From contig OX597823.1 in NCBI GenBank assembly GCA_951406725.2, forward strand, positions 52,948,001 through 53,012,000: a DNA stretch of 64,000 nt, written 5' to 3'. Shown here one piece after another: positions 26,603-39,050 of the stretch. A model generated the notes under the pieces. The model was not told where the DNA came from. It ran no database searches and saw only the letters and a program-made list of their open reading frames with translations. The DNA comes from Octopus vulgaris. Lineage: Eukaryota. The position numbers were made by a program, and so were the translations under genes. Positions within the stretch are counted from its first letter, which is position 1, and each line of letters begins with the position of its first letter.

Positions 26603-28286
26603 CTAGCATTAAAGACCCGTCGTTGCCGGGTCATAGTGCTAGTGCATGTATATATGTGTATATATATGTGTACATATTACATGTACATCTATATACATAC
26701 ATCTACACATAAAATACAAAATACAAAGTTATATCTTGATATCGCTAGTGATAACAATGCTCAAAATATATAACAGACTGGAATTGTTAGCCCGTCTCTT
26801 GTAATTTCGATCAATTGTATCTTGTCCTCCCTTCTTGTATAGAAGTGTGGCTACAATCCAGCCTACCTCTACTTCTGGGGGGGGGGGGATTTTAAACTTT
26901 TATCCGGGACGTCCTACGCCCCAGATATAAAGGTAAAAATAAAATATTTCCACTTTGCAAGGTTCGAGTCGAGTACTCCCTTGCATGCTCCGTTGACTCG
27001 AACCTTGCTTCTATTGTGGCGAATTTACCGCCTCTGATTAGATACTTGATATCTTTCATAGTCGCACCAAGACACTTTTCAATGGTACTTTCCTCCAGGT
27101 GTTCAAATGGTTTTTTTCTCTACATTGTATACTTTATAGACAATAGTCTTTTCTTTAATTTTATTTTTTATTTCTTTTGGTGGTGTTTTCCTAGATTCAC
27201 CGTCTTTGTCGGTGATCAATCCGAAATAGGTTTGTATTTCTTCCATTTTAATTTTAATGAGTTCGCCGCCCGCCGACGGCTGCAGCGAAATTCATTTTTG
27301 GACTTTCTTCTATTGAAGGCATTCTGACAAAAATGCTTCCGTGTAAACGGTGAAAATATTGTCAATTTCCCCAAAGAGGGACACAATTCAATTTTTAAAC
27401 AATAACCAAAGCTCCTTCTCCCAAAGGAGGAGGGTTACGGTTTACAATTATTTAACAAATGCAACACAATAATACTGCCCTTACGAGGAACCAACAAACG
27501 TGATAACAATAGTTAAACAGAAATAATAATAACAACAAACCTTACGGTAAACAAAAAGCAGTAGTCTGTTGAAGCTATAGGCCTTTATGGATCAGAAATA
27601 AACCAACAGCGGTACTCAGTAGAATCATTTTTCTTACAGCCAAACTTCATATAGATACTTAATGCTAGCTAATTAGCAAATAATCTAATGTAAAAGCAGT
27701 GCACACCTCCATCTGGACTATTCCATTTCTGCACTTAAATTTTATTTTTTCGTTTACTCCCATTCATGTGGAACCACTGAGTCAAGTTCAAGTCATTGAT
27801 GCAATGTTACGATTTAATTATTATATCATAATTTAGTTTGATTTTAATTATTACTTACTACATATAATTCAATTGTTATTATTATCTCTAATTTTTGTTG
27901 TTAAAGTGAAAGTATCTGACATAAAATAGAGAGATGTTTTTGTTTAACTTTTAACACGTAATACTGAAATAGTGGAGAAGATATGATATTGCTATGGGCT
28001 CACCCTAGGCAAGCAGTTGAACCTTTTTTTTTGCCCATGAAACTACATGGACCCTAAGTAAGGCATGTGTAAAATTTGAATGAAATTGGTTGTATAGTTC
28101 TCAAGTTTTAAGGAATTGTAGTGGAGAAGATATGATATTGCTGTGGGCTCGCCCAAGGCAAAAAGTTCAAAATTTTTTTTGCCGATGACACTCCCCGGAC
28201 CTAGGGCATGTGTAAAATTGGAATGAAATTGGTTGTGTATTTCTCAAGTTTTAGGGAAACACACAGACAGACAGACACACATTCTC

Positions 28287-28363
<77 letters not shown>
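26603..28363 (-). mobile_element. Non-autonomous Helitron-like element
   Basis: Minus-strand 3' end: hairpin GACCCG-gcaacga-CGGGTC (26632-26614), 7 nt, CTAG, then T. The 5' end reads tc(ta)n-aaaac...tgtgtgtctgtctgtctg. Internal ~125-bp tandem duplication (gtggagaagatatgatattgct at 27972 and ~28121). The interior may be composite. Confidence 0.65.
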
Positions 28364-28372
<9 letters not shown>

Positions 28373-28442
28373 GGAGTGAGAGACAAAGAGAGAGAGATAA
28401 TATTAGGGATTTAGTTCACTTGTGATCTAAACGAATAGGTAA

Positions 28443-28775
28443 CGAAGTCGACTTTGCCTTTCATCCTTTCGGGGTCGATAAATAAAGTACCAGTTACGCA
28501 CTGTGGTCGATGTAATCGACTTAATCCGTTTGTCTGTCCTTTTTTGTCTCTTCTATGTTTAGCCCCTTGTGGGCAATAAAGAAATAGGTATTTCGCCTGC
28601 TGCTACGTTCTGAGTTTAAATTCCGCCAAGGTCGACTTTGCCTTTCATCCTTTCGGGGTCGATTAAATAAGTACCAGTTACGCACTGGGGTCGATATAAT
28701 CGACTTAATCTGTTTGTTTGTCCTTGTTTGTCCCCTCTGTGTGTAGCCCATTGTGGGCAGTAAAGAAATAAGAAA
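28443..28775 (+). mobile_element. SINE B dimer, 5'-truncated
   Basis: Two body+tail units joined at aaagaaata|ggtatttcg (~28586). Confidence 0.88.
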
Positions 28776-29096
28776 TCTTATGTAGTTGCGAGTGGTGATG
28801 TCGATATTTAGTTTTGATCTAGCAGCTCTATAATCGAAAGCATTCCAGCCATGGAATGAGATTTAGGAGTTTGTAAGATTACATTATCTCGTATGCACAT
28901 TCCTTATACAAGATAGTACTGCGTAATCTGAAATAAATTAAACTACTATTTTTAGCAGTTCGTATAACTAGGAGCTCTTGCCATCACTTCAGCTCATACT
29001 AGTGTACGCTCTGCTCAAATCTTTATATATTAAGACCTTCAAAAATGCAGAAGAGGCCAACAACAAAAGGAAAAAATGTGGTCTACTAGTGATAAT

Positions 29097-29252
29097 GGCA
29101 GGCGCAGTCGTAGCTGCATGGTAAGAAGTTTGCCTTCCACCACTTAGCTCAAGGTTCAGTCGCACTGCGTGGCCTTGGGCAAGTATTTTCTACTACAGCC
29201 TCGGGCCAACCAAAGCCTTGTTAATGGATTTGGCAGATGGAACTGATGGAAA

Positions 29253-29299
<47 letters not shown>

Positions 29300-29633
29300 A
29301 TATATATAAGCGTAGGAGTGGCTGCGTGGTAAGGTGCTTGTTTACCAACCACATGGTTCCGGGTTCAGTCTCACTGCATGGCACCACCTTGGGCAAGTGT
29401 CTTCTACTATAGCCTCGGGCCGACCAAAACCTTGTGAGTGGATTTCGTAAACGGAAACTGAAAGAAACCCGTCGTATATATATATGTGTGTGTGCATATG
29501 TTTGTGTGTCTGTCCCCCTACATCGCTTGACAACCGATGCTGGTGTGTTTACGTCCCCGTAATATAGCGGTTCGGCACAAAGAGAGAGACAGACAGACAG
29601 ACAGACAGATTGAAAGGTGGATAGATAGATAGT

Positions 29634-29710
<77 letters not shown>

Positions 29711-29900
29711 GTGTGTGCCTGCGTCTTTCTGTATGTGTTTGTTTTCCTACGTCGCATCCCACCGCCTGACAATCTGTCTTGGTGAGTTTACATCACTGTA
29801 ACTTAGTGGTTCGGCTAAGAGAGCGATAGAATAAGTACCAGGGTTTAAAGAAAGAAGAGAAATACTAAAGACACTTCAAGGCAATTTCCCATCATGAATG
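29097..29900 (+). mobile_element. Tandem SINE A copies with (CT)n and (GATA)n
   Basis: Heads at ~29097 and ~29308; 3' segments at 29520-29585 and 29760-29890. Confidence 0.8.
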
Positions 29901-30539
29901 AAACATGTGTAGAGACATTCATTGTCTTTTTGTTTCGTTTCTTTCTCATTTTTGTTACTTTTTTTTATTTTTGAATAAATGCTACGATAAACTATGATGA
30001 ATGGGGAGGAAACAATCAGTTTAATTAAGTCCTAGCTCCATATACAGGATTTTCCTTTTAGTGTGTGGCATTTAATCAGCTGATAGTTGGTAAAACACTG
30101 AAAAAGACTTTTTGACGTTTAGTGATAACACGTTCAAAATGATAGCGAGAGAAAGAGTTGATTTTTTTTTTCCTAATTGCTTGACTAATTAGTATAATAA
30201 AAAAGAATATATAAAGTAACATTGTCATGTGGGTGAAGAAATGAATTCATAAACCAGTCTATACAAGCTTTCAAATAAGACAGTATCAGTTCTGAGTGTA
30301 ATTATTGTTGCTGTTGTTGCTGTCGTTGTCGTTGTTGTTGTTGTTGTTGTTTATCCAAGGTATATCTCTGATGGAGCAGAGAGACTCTATGGCATGTAAA
30401 GAGTTGGTGGAATCATTAGGCGTGATTCATAAATCCGTAGCGCCGAATATTCCACGCCACCGTTTAGCTGAGGACCACAATGCACATTCTCACCTGCAGT
30501 CGTTAATTGCACTTAATGCAAGTGCTGCAGTGTGGGTAT

Positions 30540-30950
30540 GATTACCCGGAATGTTACTGCATATCTGTAGATTCTTGTAGTTGTGTCATCGGAAGAGTGC
30601 AAGATGAACTCCGCTCGAACACGTCAGCTGCTTCGTCGGGTGCAGTCGTACTGCCACATGATGCGTCTTTGTTTTGCAGTGCTTCTCCGCCGATTTTTGC
30701 GATGGCTGAAACGATAAAGGTGTTCGGCGCTGAAGTGCTCCCTTGTCTCCTGTATGCCGCGGGATGCATGGCCCTCTACCGCAGGTGCATCAAGGCCCTA
30801 ATGCAAGTTCAACGCCGTCAACTGCTCTCCATCTTGCATGTCAGATGGCAAGATCACATTCTTCATATAGAGGATCTGCATCGCGCTGGCGCAGTGTTAG
30901 TATGTAGGACTTCACATGCGGGCCTGTTAGACTACGACGGACAGCCGAAA
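30540..30950 (+). mobile_element. RTE-clade LINE fragment (C-terminal of RT)
   Basis: TIKVFGAEVLPCLLYAAGCMALYRRCIKALMQVQRRQLLSILHVRWQDHI matches the RTE-type pattern TKIxVYxAxVLPxLLYGxETWxLYxxxxxxLxxFxxRCLRxILxIxWQD. Confidence 0.75.
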
Positions 30951-30964
30951 AAGAATATATACAT

Positions 30965-31029
<65 letters not shown>

Positions 31030-31037
<8 letters not shown>

Positions 31038-31478
31038 ATAAGGGTAAAAAATTTGATATTAATTTAATAATACCATCAATTTAACACCAAGTGGCTTAGC
31101 ACATAATAACCAAGGGAAAAATACAAATTTATACATAAATATTTGAGAGTGACCACTATGTGGTTTACTCTAGTACTAAAAATAGCTCCGCTAATGGTAT
31201 AGCCACTAAAAGTTGTTTCCAAGAAGAAATACCACTACATTTAACGTAAGCTTAGTGAAACACAACGAAAAAATAGATTAACCCTGAACAATTCTTTCAT
31301 TATTAATGTAATATGCAATTTTACTTACACAACATCCATAAATCTTCAGCAGAGGTTTGTCTTAAATACAATTTATTAAGTCGCAGCGAGCGTCAAATAC
31401 ACGTGCGCTTTAATCGATTGTATTCGTTGTTATGATTCAAATTTCCCCGCCAAAAGAGCGATAAGACTCTCTAATACT

Positions 31479-31480
<2 letters not shown>
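31030..31480 (-). mobile_element. PLE-type terminal-repeat fragment between (TA)n tracts with a degenerate hammerhead
   Basis: Minus strand aacctctg-CTGAAGA (31349-31343), 44-nt hairpin, GAAA-g-AATT-GTT-cagggtt (31298-31280); (TA)n on both sides. Confidence 0.55.
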
Positions 31481-31522
<42 letters not shown>

Positions 31523-31964
31523 AACTGTTTTACTTCCTCACATATCCCTTTGTTAGCATGAATGATAATCAATTCCTTGAACTTAGATCCAGCACATTAA
31601 TTTATATGAAACAAAACATGTTTATGATTTATATTTATTTTAACGGGCATACCAAGCTAATTTCATCTAGTATTGGTCTTCCGTACATTCTTTATATAAA
31701 GAGTAAATTTTGTTGGTATACTTAAAGCTCAAAGACTGAGGCACCCATGATTTCCTAGTTTTCTATATCCACGCTGATCTGTGAATATATAATTGTACAA
31801 TGCGTACCATACATATTGGTGCATATATGCATAATAATCTACTATACATTGAAATCATTATTGTATGATGAAGGGTGCGAAACGGCCGTAATACTAAAAT
31901 ATATAGTTACCACCCATACATCTTAACATTCTGTTTATATATGTATATATACCTACATACACAG

Positions 31965-32023
<59 letters not shown>

Positions 32024-32038
32024 CATATATAAATATAC

Positions 32039-32073
<35 letters not shown>

Positions 32074-32814
32074 CGTATATATATTATGTATAAATATATA
32101 TATATGTATACATTCATACATACATACGTATATAGACATCTCTGCCTCTATGTATCTACATGTGTGTGTGCGTGTGTGTGTGTGTGTGTGTGCATGTATT
32201 CCGTCGTAAAACCAATACGAAAGAAAACAAGTAAAATACGACTTTGTAACTAAAGAGGTTTAACTTCTAAAAATGAAAATATGGCGGCAAATTATCAAAT
32301 GTAATTGCCTGGAATATGTCACAGGGGAATTCAGAAATCCGAATTTATTCTCCCAGTAGTCTTCATCATAAAGATTTATGAAACAGGAACAAAGCCACAA
32401 CTTTTGAAAGTAAGAATAGTCAGTTAAGTGAATTGACCTCACTAATTGACTGCTGTTTATTTTTGTGACCTCGACAGGATGAAAGAGAAAGTTGATATCG
32501 GTTGGATTTGAACTCAAAAGATAGGTGGTCGTAACTAAACACAAGAAGATATTTAATACGACATTTACTGCTTTAATAATGGTAGGTACACTGTCTGAAA
32601 TTTGAAAGAGGAAGTTAATCGATGCCTTCAACACCCGTGTCTGAACTGTGCTTTACTCTATTGACCTCGAATGTATAAAGGGCAAAGTTAACTTCGACGT
32701 GATTTGAACTGGAAGAAATACTGCATAGCAACTCCCCGATGTTTCTGACGATTCTACCAACTTGTCACTGGCGTTTTGTTGTTTTACTAATGATTGTTTT
32801 AATGATTTTGATGG

Positions 32815-33362
32815 TGGATACTTGTCGATTACATCGACCTCAGTGTTTCGCTGGAAGTTAATTTATCGACTCAGAAAGGATGAAAGGAAAAGTCAACCTC
32901 AGCGGAAATTGAACTCAGGACCGTAACGCCAGACGAAATACCTATTTCTATTTCTTTACTACCCACAAGGGGCTAAGCACAGAGGGGACAAACAAGGACA
33001 GACAAACGGATTAAGTCGATTATATCGACCCCAGTGCGTAACTGGTACTTATTTAATCGACCCCGAAAGGATGAAAAGCAAAGTTGATCTCGGTGGAATT
33101 TGAACTCAGAACGTAGCGGCAGACGAAAAAACTATTTCTTTACTACCCACAAGGGGCTAAACACAGAGGGGACAAGTTAGGACAGAGAAACGGATTAAGT
33201 CAATTACATCGACCCCAGTAACTGGTACTTAATTTATCGATCCCGAAAGGATGAAAGGCAAAGTCGACCTCGGCGGAATTTGAACTCAGTACGTAACGGC
33301 AGACGAAATACCGCTAAGCATTTCGCCCGGCGTGCTAGCGATTCTGCCAGCTCGCTACCTTA
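32815..33362 (-). mobile_element. SINE B array: one head, three bodies
   Basis: Junctions at ~33132 and ~32942 join tail (gtaaagaaata) to body (g[gt]tatttcgtctg-like). Confidence 0.9.
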
Positions 33363-33419
33363 ATAACGATGCAGTAATAATAACATTATTAAAATAAAGA
33401 ACTACTGAAAAGCAGCAAT

Positions 33420-33830
33420 CGGCGAGCTGGTGGAATAGTAAGCATATCCGGTAAAATTTTTAATGACGTTTTGTCCTTCTTTTATGTTCTAAGCTCAAAC
33501 ACCACCGAGGTCTTTTGCTTTTTATCCTTTCGGGATTCATAAATTAAGTACCATTTGAACACTGGAATCAATGTAATCGAGTTTCCAATCACTCAAGGAT
33601 TATTATTAAGGGGCATGCTGGCATAATCGTTAGCACGCAGTAAAAATACTTAGCTGCATTTTTTTCGAACACTTTGCTTTCGGAGTTCAAATTCCGTCGA
33701 GGTCAACTTTGCCCTTTCATTCTTTCGGGGTTAACAAAATAATTACCAGTTGAGTACTGGGGTCGATGTAATCGACTTACCCTTCCCCGTTATTGCTGGC
33801 CTTGTGCCAAAATTAGAAAAAACATTATTA
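33420..33830 (+). mobile_element. Two old SINE B copies, divergent from the upstream array
   Basis: ggcgagctggtggaatagtaagca and catgctggcataatcgttagcacg heads. Confidence 0.75.
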
Positions 33831-34298
33831 TTCATTTTTGAACATCTGGAGCACTTAGATGTTAAACGGTTCTGGCATTTCCGCCAGGAATCTGTCAAAA
33901 CAAGTTGACATAGATTTGTAACTGCTTCTCCTCCTTCTCTTTACATAGACAAGACTTTCCTTAAAATCTTAGCTCTTCCAAAAAATATTGTCTTCTGCAT
34001 GATCTGTAACCTTGCAGGAATTCTGATATTATTGATAGAGTCCTCCAAACATTCCGATATTCATCCCAACGCTCCGATCACCACTAGAATCGCTAAAATC
34101 TTCTTCATTCCCCCACAACTTTCCAGCCACCTCCTTCAGTGGCTCATCCTTTTCCATCTTTTCATGCTTTTTATCTTCCACGCTACTATCTCTTGTGATA
34201 GTGATATCGATAATTTGGGCCTCTTTTTCTTTCTTTCTGACGACGATAACAGTTTTCTTGCTTCAATCATTTTATGACATTGAATGGTGATATTTAAG
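33830..34298 (-). mobile_element. 3' fragment of an R4/Dong-type non-LTR retrotransposon (restriction-like endonuclease domain)
   Basis: IQCHKMIEARK..KEAQIIDITITRDSSVEDKKHEKMEK..LWGMKKILAILVVIGALG..IMQKTIFFGRAKILRKVLSM*, the RLE C-terminal pattern; the 3' end runs into taataa. Confidence 0.8.
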
Positions 34299-34439
34299 CT
34301 TCGATTCTGCTAGCTCACCGCATTAGGGGTCATAGATAATGAAGCCCTATATAATAAAGTAGCTTCTTCGATAGAACACAGTATAGTTTAAAAAAAGGCA
34401 CTTTCTGTACCGAAAGAAAACTGTAGAAACTTCACATAC

Positions 34440-34670
34440 AATATTATATGAATATTACATAGAATATATGAATATTATATATTTAATATAATTATAACGT
34501 ATATATGTTATAATATATGAATATTATACATTAAATATGGTTATAATATATGAATATAATATATTGAATATATTATAATATATAAATATTATATATTAAA
34601 TATAACTACAATATGAATATTAAGTATGAATTATTATACATAGATAATCTTATATATGTAGAATATTATA
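34440..34670. repeat. AT-rich minisatellite (~30-35-bp degenerate unit with atatgaatattata)
   Basis: Recurrent aatatatgaatattatat blocks. Confidence 0.7.
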
Positions 34671-35568
34671 TACGATTGCTAAAAGAAGGAATAGCCATGA
34701 ACAGAATGCTTTTGATGATAGGTTTGCTGATCAACTCGTTCAATGTTAACCCGGTGCTAAGCCACAACTGGACAACAAAAGCGATAATATACAGCTAAAG
34801 AATTTTACTTTCGCCACAAATGAAATTACGAGTTTCGTAGTGCATGGCAAACGATCTCATCAAATTCTCCCATAATATTGATAAACTACGGCTTTGACAA
34901 ATAAGGGAAGCAGCTGAATCGATCTATAGAGCAGGAATCTTGAAGCTGTCAGATATTGTGTTCCTATGTGATGCTGCATAAAACGAATAAAACTGTCAAG
35001 ATCTTCCTAGATTATATTTTTATGTGTCGTCTTAGAAGTCGTTTTTGTGTTGTTTATAACTAATTATTATTCAGATATTTTCTAATATTTCCTGCTCTGT
35101 GCGTTCTCCATGGACACAAAGGTGTGTCTTCTACTAATTTCAAATTTGATTTGTCGTAATTTCCCTACTTGTACCAATGACCTTGTTCTTATTAGCAGCT
35201 AGAGTGGAAACAGAGCTTATACGGTTGGAAATGGAAATGGAGCTTTTATGTTATATGTTTACTCAAGAAGTAGTTTACTCAGTTTTGTAATTGATTGGCC
35301 CAAAGCGTAAACAATAGCGGCTACATTTTTGGCAATAACATTATATACGAAGGACTGACCACTTTTCTTCTAGGACCATAAGTGTCTCTTTAAATTAAGA
35401 CCATGACGATGTAATGGTTGTTTCTTTTAAGAACTTACGAAAGAAAAATCATGGCCACTCAACCTGCTAAAAATAGCTGCTAAATTTGTTTCAATATCAC
35501 CTAAACACCTTAAAACAGGAAATAAAAAAACACATTGGACAGCATAGTGCCTGATTTAGGTATGTATG

Positions 35569-35718
35569 TCATTATGTAGTTTATTGTCAATAGAGAAAGA
35601 ACCGGTTTCTAAACTATATCCAAGGCTCCTTCATTGGAATTTCAACATTAACAACAGGGTATTTTTGTTTGTATGTTTATATGTATGTATGTATGTAGTA
35701 TGTATGTATGTATGTATG

Positions 35719-35752
<34 letters not shown>

Positions 35753-36910
35753 TGCATGTATGCATGTATGTATGTATGTGCAGATTTGTGTTTTCTGTAT
35801 GCATTCTCATGCATATAGTTGCATATCTAGACATTCTCATATATATTTAAATGATAAACTTCTGGAAAGTTTTACAGATTTTTACAGTTCCAGTGATGGA
35901 TTGGATATGTGGTCTTCGAATTAGCTTTCTCCTTTCTGGTTTTGAGAAGCCTAATTTCTCAAGATTGTTATCTAGGCAGTGTATTACTTATCCCATGGCT
36001 CCAATAATTACAGGTATAATCTGGATAGAGTAGCTGCAGATTTCTCAATAGTTCAGCATAGGTGTTCTCTTTTTCACTGATCTTCAGCTTTATGTTAACA
36101 TCTGCTGGGCAGTTAATTTCCACAACTGTGCACAGTTTCTCTTCTCTATTACAAATTATTATATCAGGTCTGTTATGCTTACATTTTATTGAGGTCTTGA
36201 GTGGTACATTCCACCAGTATTCCTTTTCATTATGAGTGGCTATCGCTTCTACCATATTGTGGGGTTTTATTTCTTTTTCCTCGGGATTATCCTTTCGGCG
36301 GATTTCATTTAGAGTGCCCTAGCTACAACGTCATGTCTCATCGGCAGATAGAACCACGATGACATTTCGGACAACTGCTTATGATGTGGGTGATATCTTC
36401 AGTGTGAACTCCACAAAAATATGCATCGATTGTCACATTTTACTGCTTTTCCTGCATCTCTATCCCTTTTATGCATCAGGTATTTGGTTGATATTTCCTG
36501 TTCATGGATTGCAAATGCATACCCTTCAAAATGGGAGGTAGTAATCCGGCTATTGGTCCATGATAAACTATTTTGATGATCGATGTTACTATCACCACGG
36601 AGCATTCTACTGACATGTCTAAGCATAGTCTTCTGTTCATATACGGTCATCTTTTCAGCTGATGATACGTTGCGGTAGAGTCGTACAACTTCTTTGGGCA
36701 TGTATTCTAGGTTATCAGGCAAAGAGTGTTGCTCAAGGAGCTGCCTTCCAAGTCTTATGATGTTATCAGTCTCATGTATGGTTAAGGGATATCCTTCGAC
36801 ACTTGGCGGTTAGAAGATGTTGCCGAAGGGATATGACGCGACATTCAAAGGCATTTTGGATTGATTTTAAGCCTCTGCCGCCTTGTTTTTGTTTTAGGTA
36901 GAGGCAGTCT
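35569..36910 (-). mobile_element. 5'-truncated R4-type RLE LINE inserted in (TATG)n
   Basis: EGYAFAIHEQEISTKY, CCHC knuckle (C..CGVHTEDITHIISSC; RHD), HNRPDIII...VVEINCPADVNIKLKISEKENTYAEL, ending CKTFQKFII*; frameshifted; 3' UTR contains (CATA)n; TATG repeats on both flanks. Confidence 0.88.
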
Positions 36911-36929
36911 ATGTATGTATGTATGTATG

Positions 36930-36960
<31 letters not shown>

Positions 36961-37024
36961 CTATACATGTAGGTACGTGTTTATGTATTTATGTATAAAT
37001 GCCTATTTGAAAAACCTATTTTAT

Positions 37025-37420
37025 TATTCTTTTACTCTTTTATTTGTTTCAGCCATTTGACTGCGGCCATGCTGGAGTACTGCCTTTAGTCGAACAAATC
37101 GACCACAGGGCTTATTCTTTGTAAGCCTAGTACTTATTATGTCTTCCTCTATTGCCGAACTGCTAAGTTACGGAGACATAAACACACCACTATCGGTTGC
37201 CAAGCGAGTGGGGTGGGCAAACACAGAGACACAAATACAAACATACATATATATATATATACGACGTGCTTCTTTCGGTTTCCGTCTACCAAATTCACTC
37301 ATAAGGCTTTGGTCAGCCCGAGACTACAGTAGAAGACACTTGCCCAAGGTGCCACGCAGGGACTAAACCCGGAGCCATGCGGTTAGAAAGCAAGCGTCTT
37401 ACCTCACAACCACGCCTGCG
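37025..37420 (-). mobile_element. SINE family A
   Basis: Full set of family A blocks in reverse. Confidence 0.88.
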
Positions 37421-38007
37421 GAATAATATAAGTATATTCTATTTTATTATTTCTCAGTAACACCACACAACTCAGATGAGCGATATTCCTGCGAGAAGAT
37501 ACCACGAGGCATCTCTTTACTCACTGTCAAAGAATTCCAAATATTTAAGACCATAACGATGTGATGATTGTAAGAACGAAAGAAACTTCATGGTCACTCA
37601 ACCTGCTAAAAATAGCAGCTAAATCCGTTTCGGGAAGTATAGTGCCTGGTATAAGTATGTATGTATGTATGTATGTATGTGTGTGTGTATGTTACTATAC
37701 ATGTAGATACGTGTATATGTGTTTATGTATAAATGCGTGTATGTATATATATATGTATGTGTTCATATACATGTGTATATGTGTGTGTGTGTGTATTTAT
37801 ACATACATACATATACATACACATATATATATATATACATACATGCACATACATGCATATACATGCACACACACATACATACGCACACACAGTAGTGCCG
37901 AATGAAAGGCGCTCATTTTCATCCTTCGACATTTACGTATGTGTGTGAGTGTGTGTGTGTGTGTGTGCGTGAGTGCGTACGTCCGTGCGTGCGGTCGTGT
38001 GTACGTT

Positions 38008-38051
<44 letters not shown>

Positions 38052-38441
38052 GAGAATGATCATAGCTGGGACGCCTCTGATCATAGGTGAACTCAATCTG
38101 AAAAACATAAGGCCTCGACATCAACAACAACAACAATAAATCGAATGGATTTCATTACAGGGCTTATCAATTACATAAGAATCGTATCTAAACATAGCAT
38201 ATTGATTTCTAATATAGACACAACGCCACATGTTTTGGTAAAGAGTTGTAGTTGGTTTAATCGATCTGTGACACTTAAATGCTACTTATATTATCGAATC
38301 CTAAGGGCAAACTCATCTTCACAATTTTATCCGTCGCTTCCCCGGTTCTGTCACTCAGTGCTCTCTTCTTCACAATTTAATAATGAATATGTTTTATTGG
38401 AATTTCTAAGCTTATTAATTAACATTATTATAAACTGATAT

Positions 38442-39050
38442 TAAGGTGGCGAGCAAGGTTGCAAGCTGGCAGAATCGTTAACGTGCTGGACAAAATGCGT
38501 AGCAGATTTCGTCTGCTTTTTACGTTCGGAGTTCAAATTCCGCCAAGGCCTATTTCGTCTTTCATCCTTTATCGGTCGATAAAATAAGCACCCGTTGATG
38601 TAATCGGCTTGGCCTCTGTTCCGAATTTGCTGGCCTTGTGCCAAAATTTGAAGCCAACATTAAGGCAGCGAGCTGGCAGAATCTTTAGAACACCAGACAA
38701 AAAAATGCATAACGGAGTTTCGTGCGTCTTTACGCTCGGAGCTCAAATTCAGCTGAGGTTGACTTTGCTTTTCTTCTTTCAGAGTCGATAAATTAAGTAC
38801 CAAAATTTCAGGACTTGTGTCTATACTAGAAAGGATTATCATAAACTAATATTAAGGTGGTGGCTGACAGACTCTTTAGCACATCGGGAAAATATTTCAC
38901 AGCATTTCTTTCGATTCATTACGTTGTGAGTTCAAATTTTGCCGAAGCAAGCTTTTCCTTTCATTTTTTGGGGTCAGTAAACTGAAGTAGTAATCAAATA
39001 CTGAGATCGATGTAATCTGCTATAACCTTCCTGCCAAAATTTGAAAGGAA
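38442..39050 (+). mobile_element. Three head-to-tail old SINE B copies
   Basis: Heads preceded by attaagg at ~38440, 38659 and 38851. Confidence 0.8.

Noticed and set aside
30507-31037. 176-aa ORF as a host gene
   Set aside because: It is an RTE LINE fragment running into (TA)n.
32815-33362. CRISPR-like or tandem regular array
   Set aside because: The units are ~190-bp SINE bodies with no unique spacers; eukaryotic context, no cas genes.
35590-35645. Hammerhead-like motif in the RLE LINE 3' UTR (minus strand, ..gaaaccggtt..)
   Set aside because: The core reads ccaatga, not CTGANGA, and helix pairing is poor.
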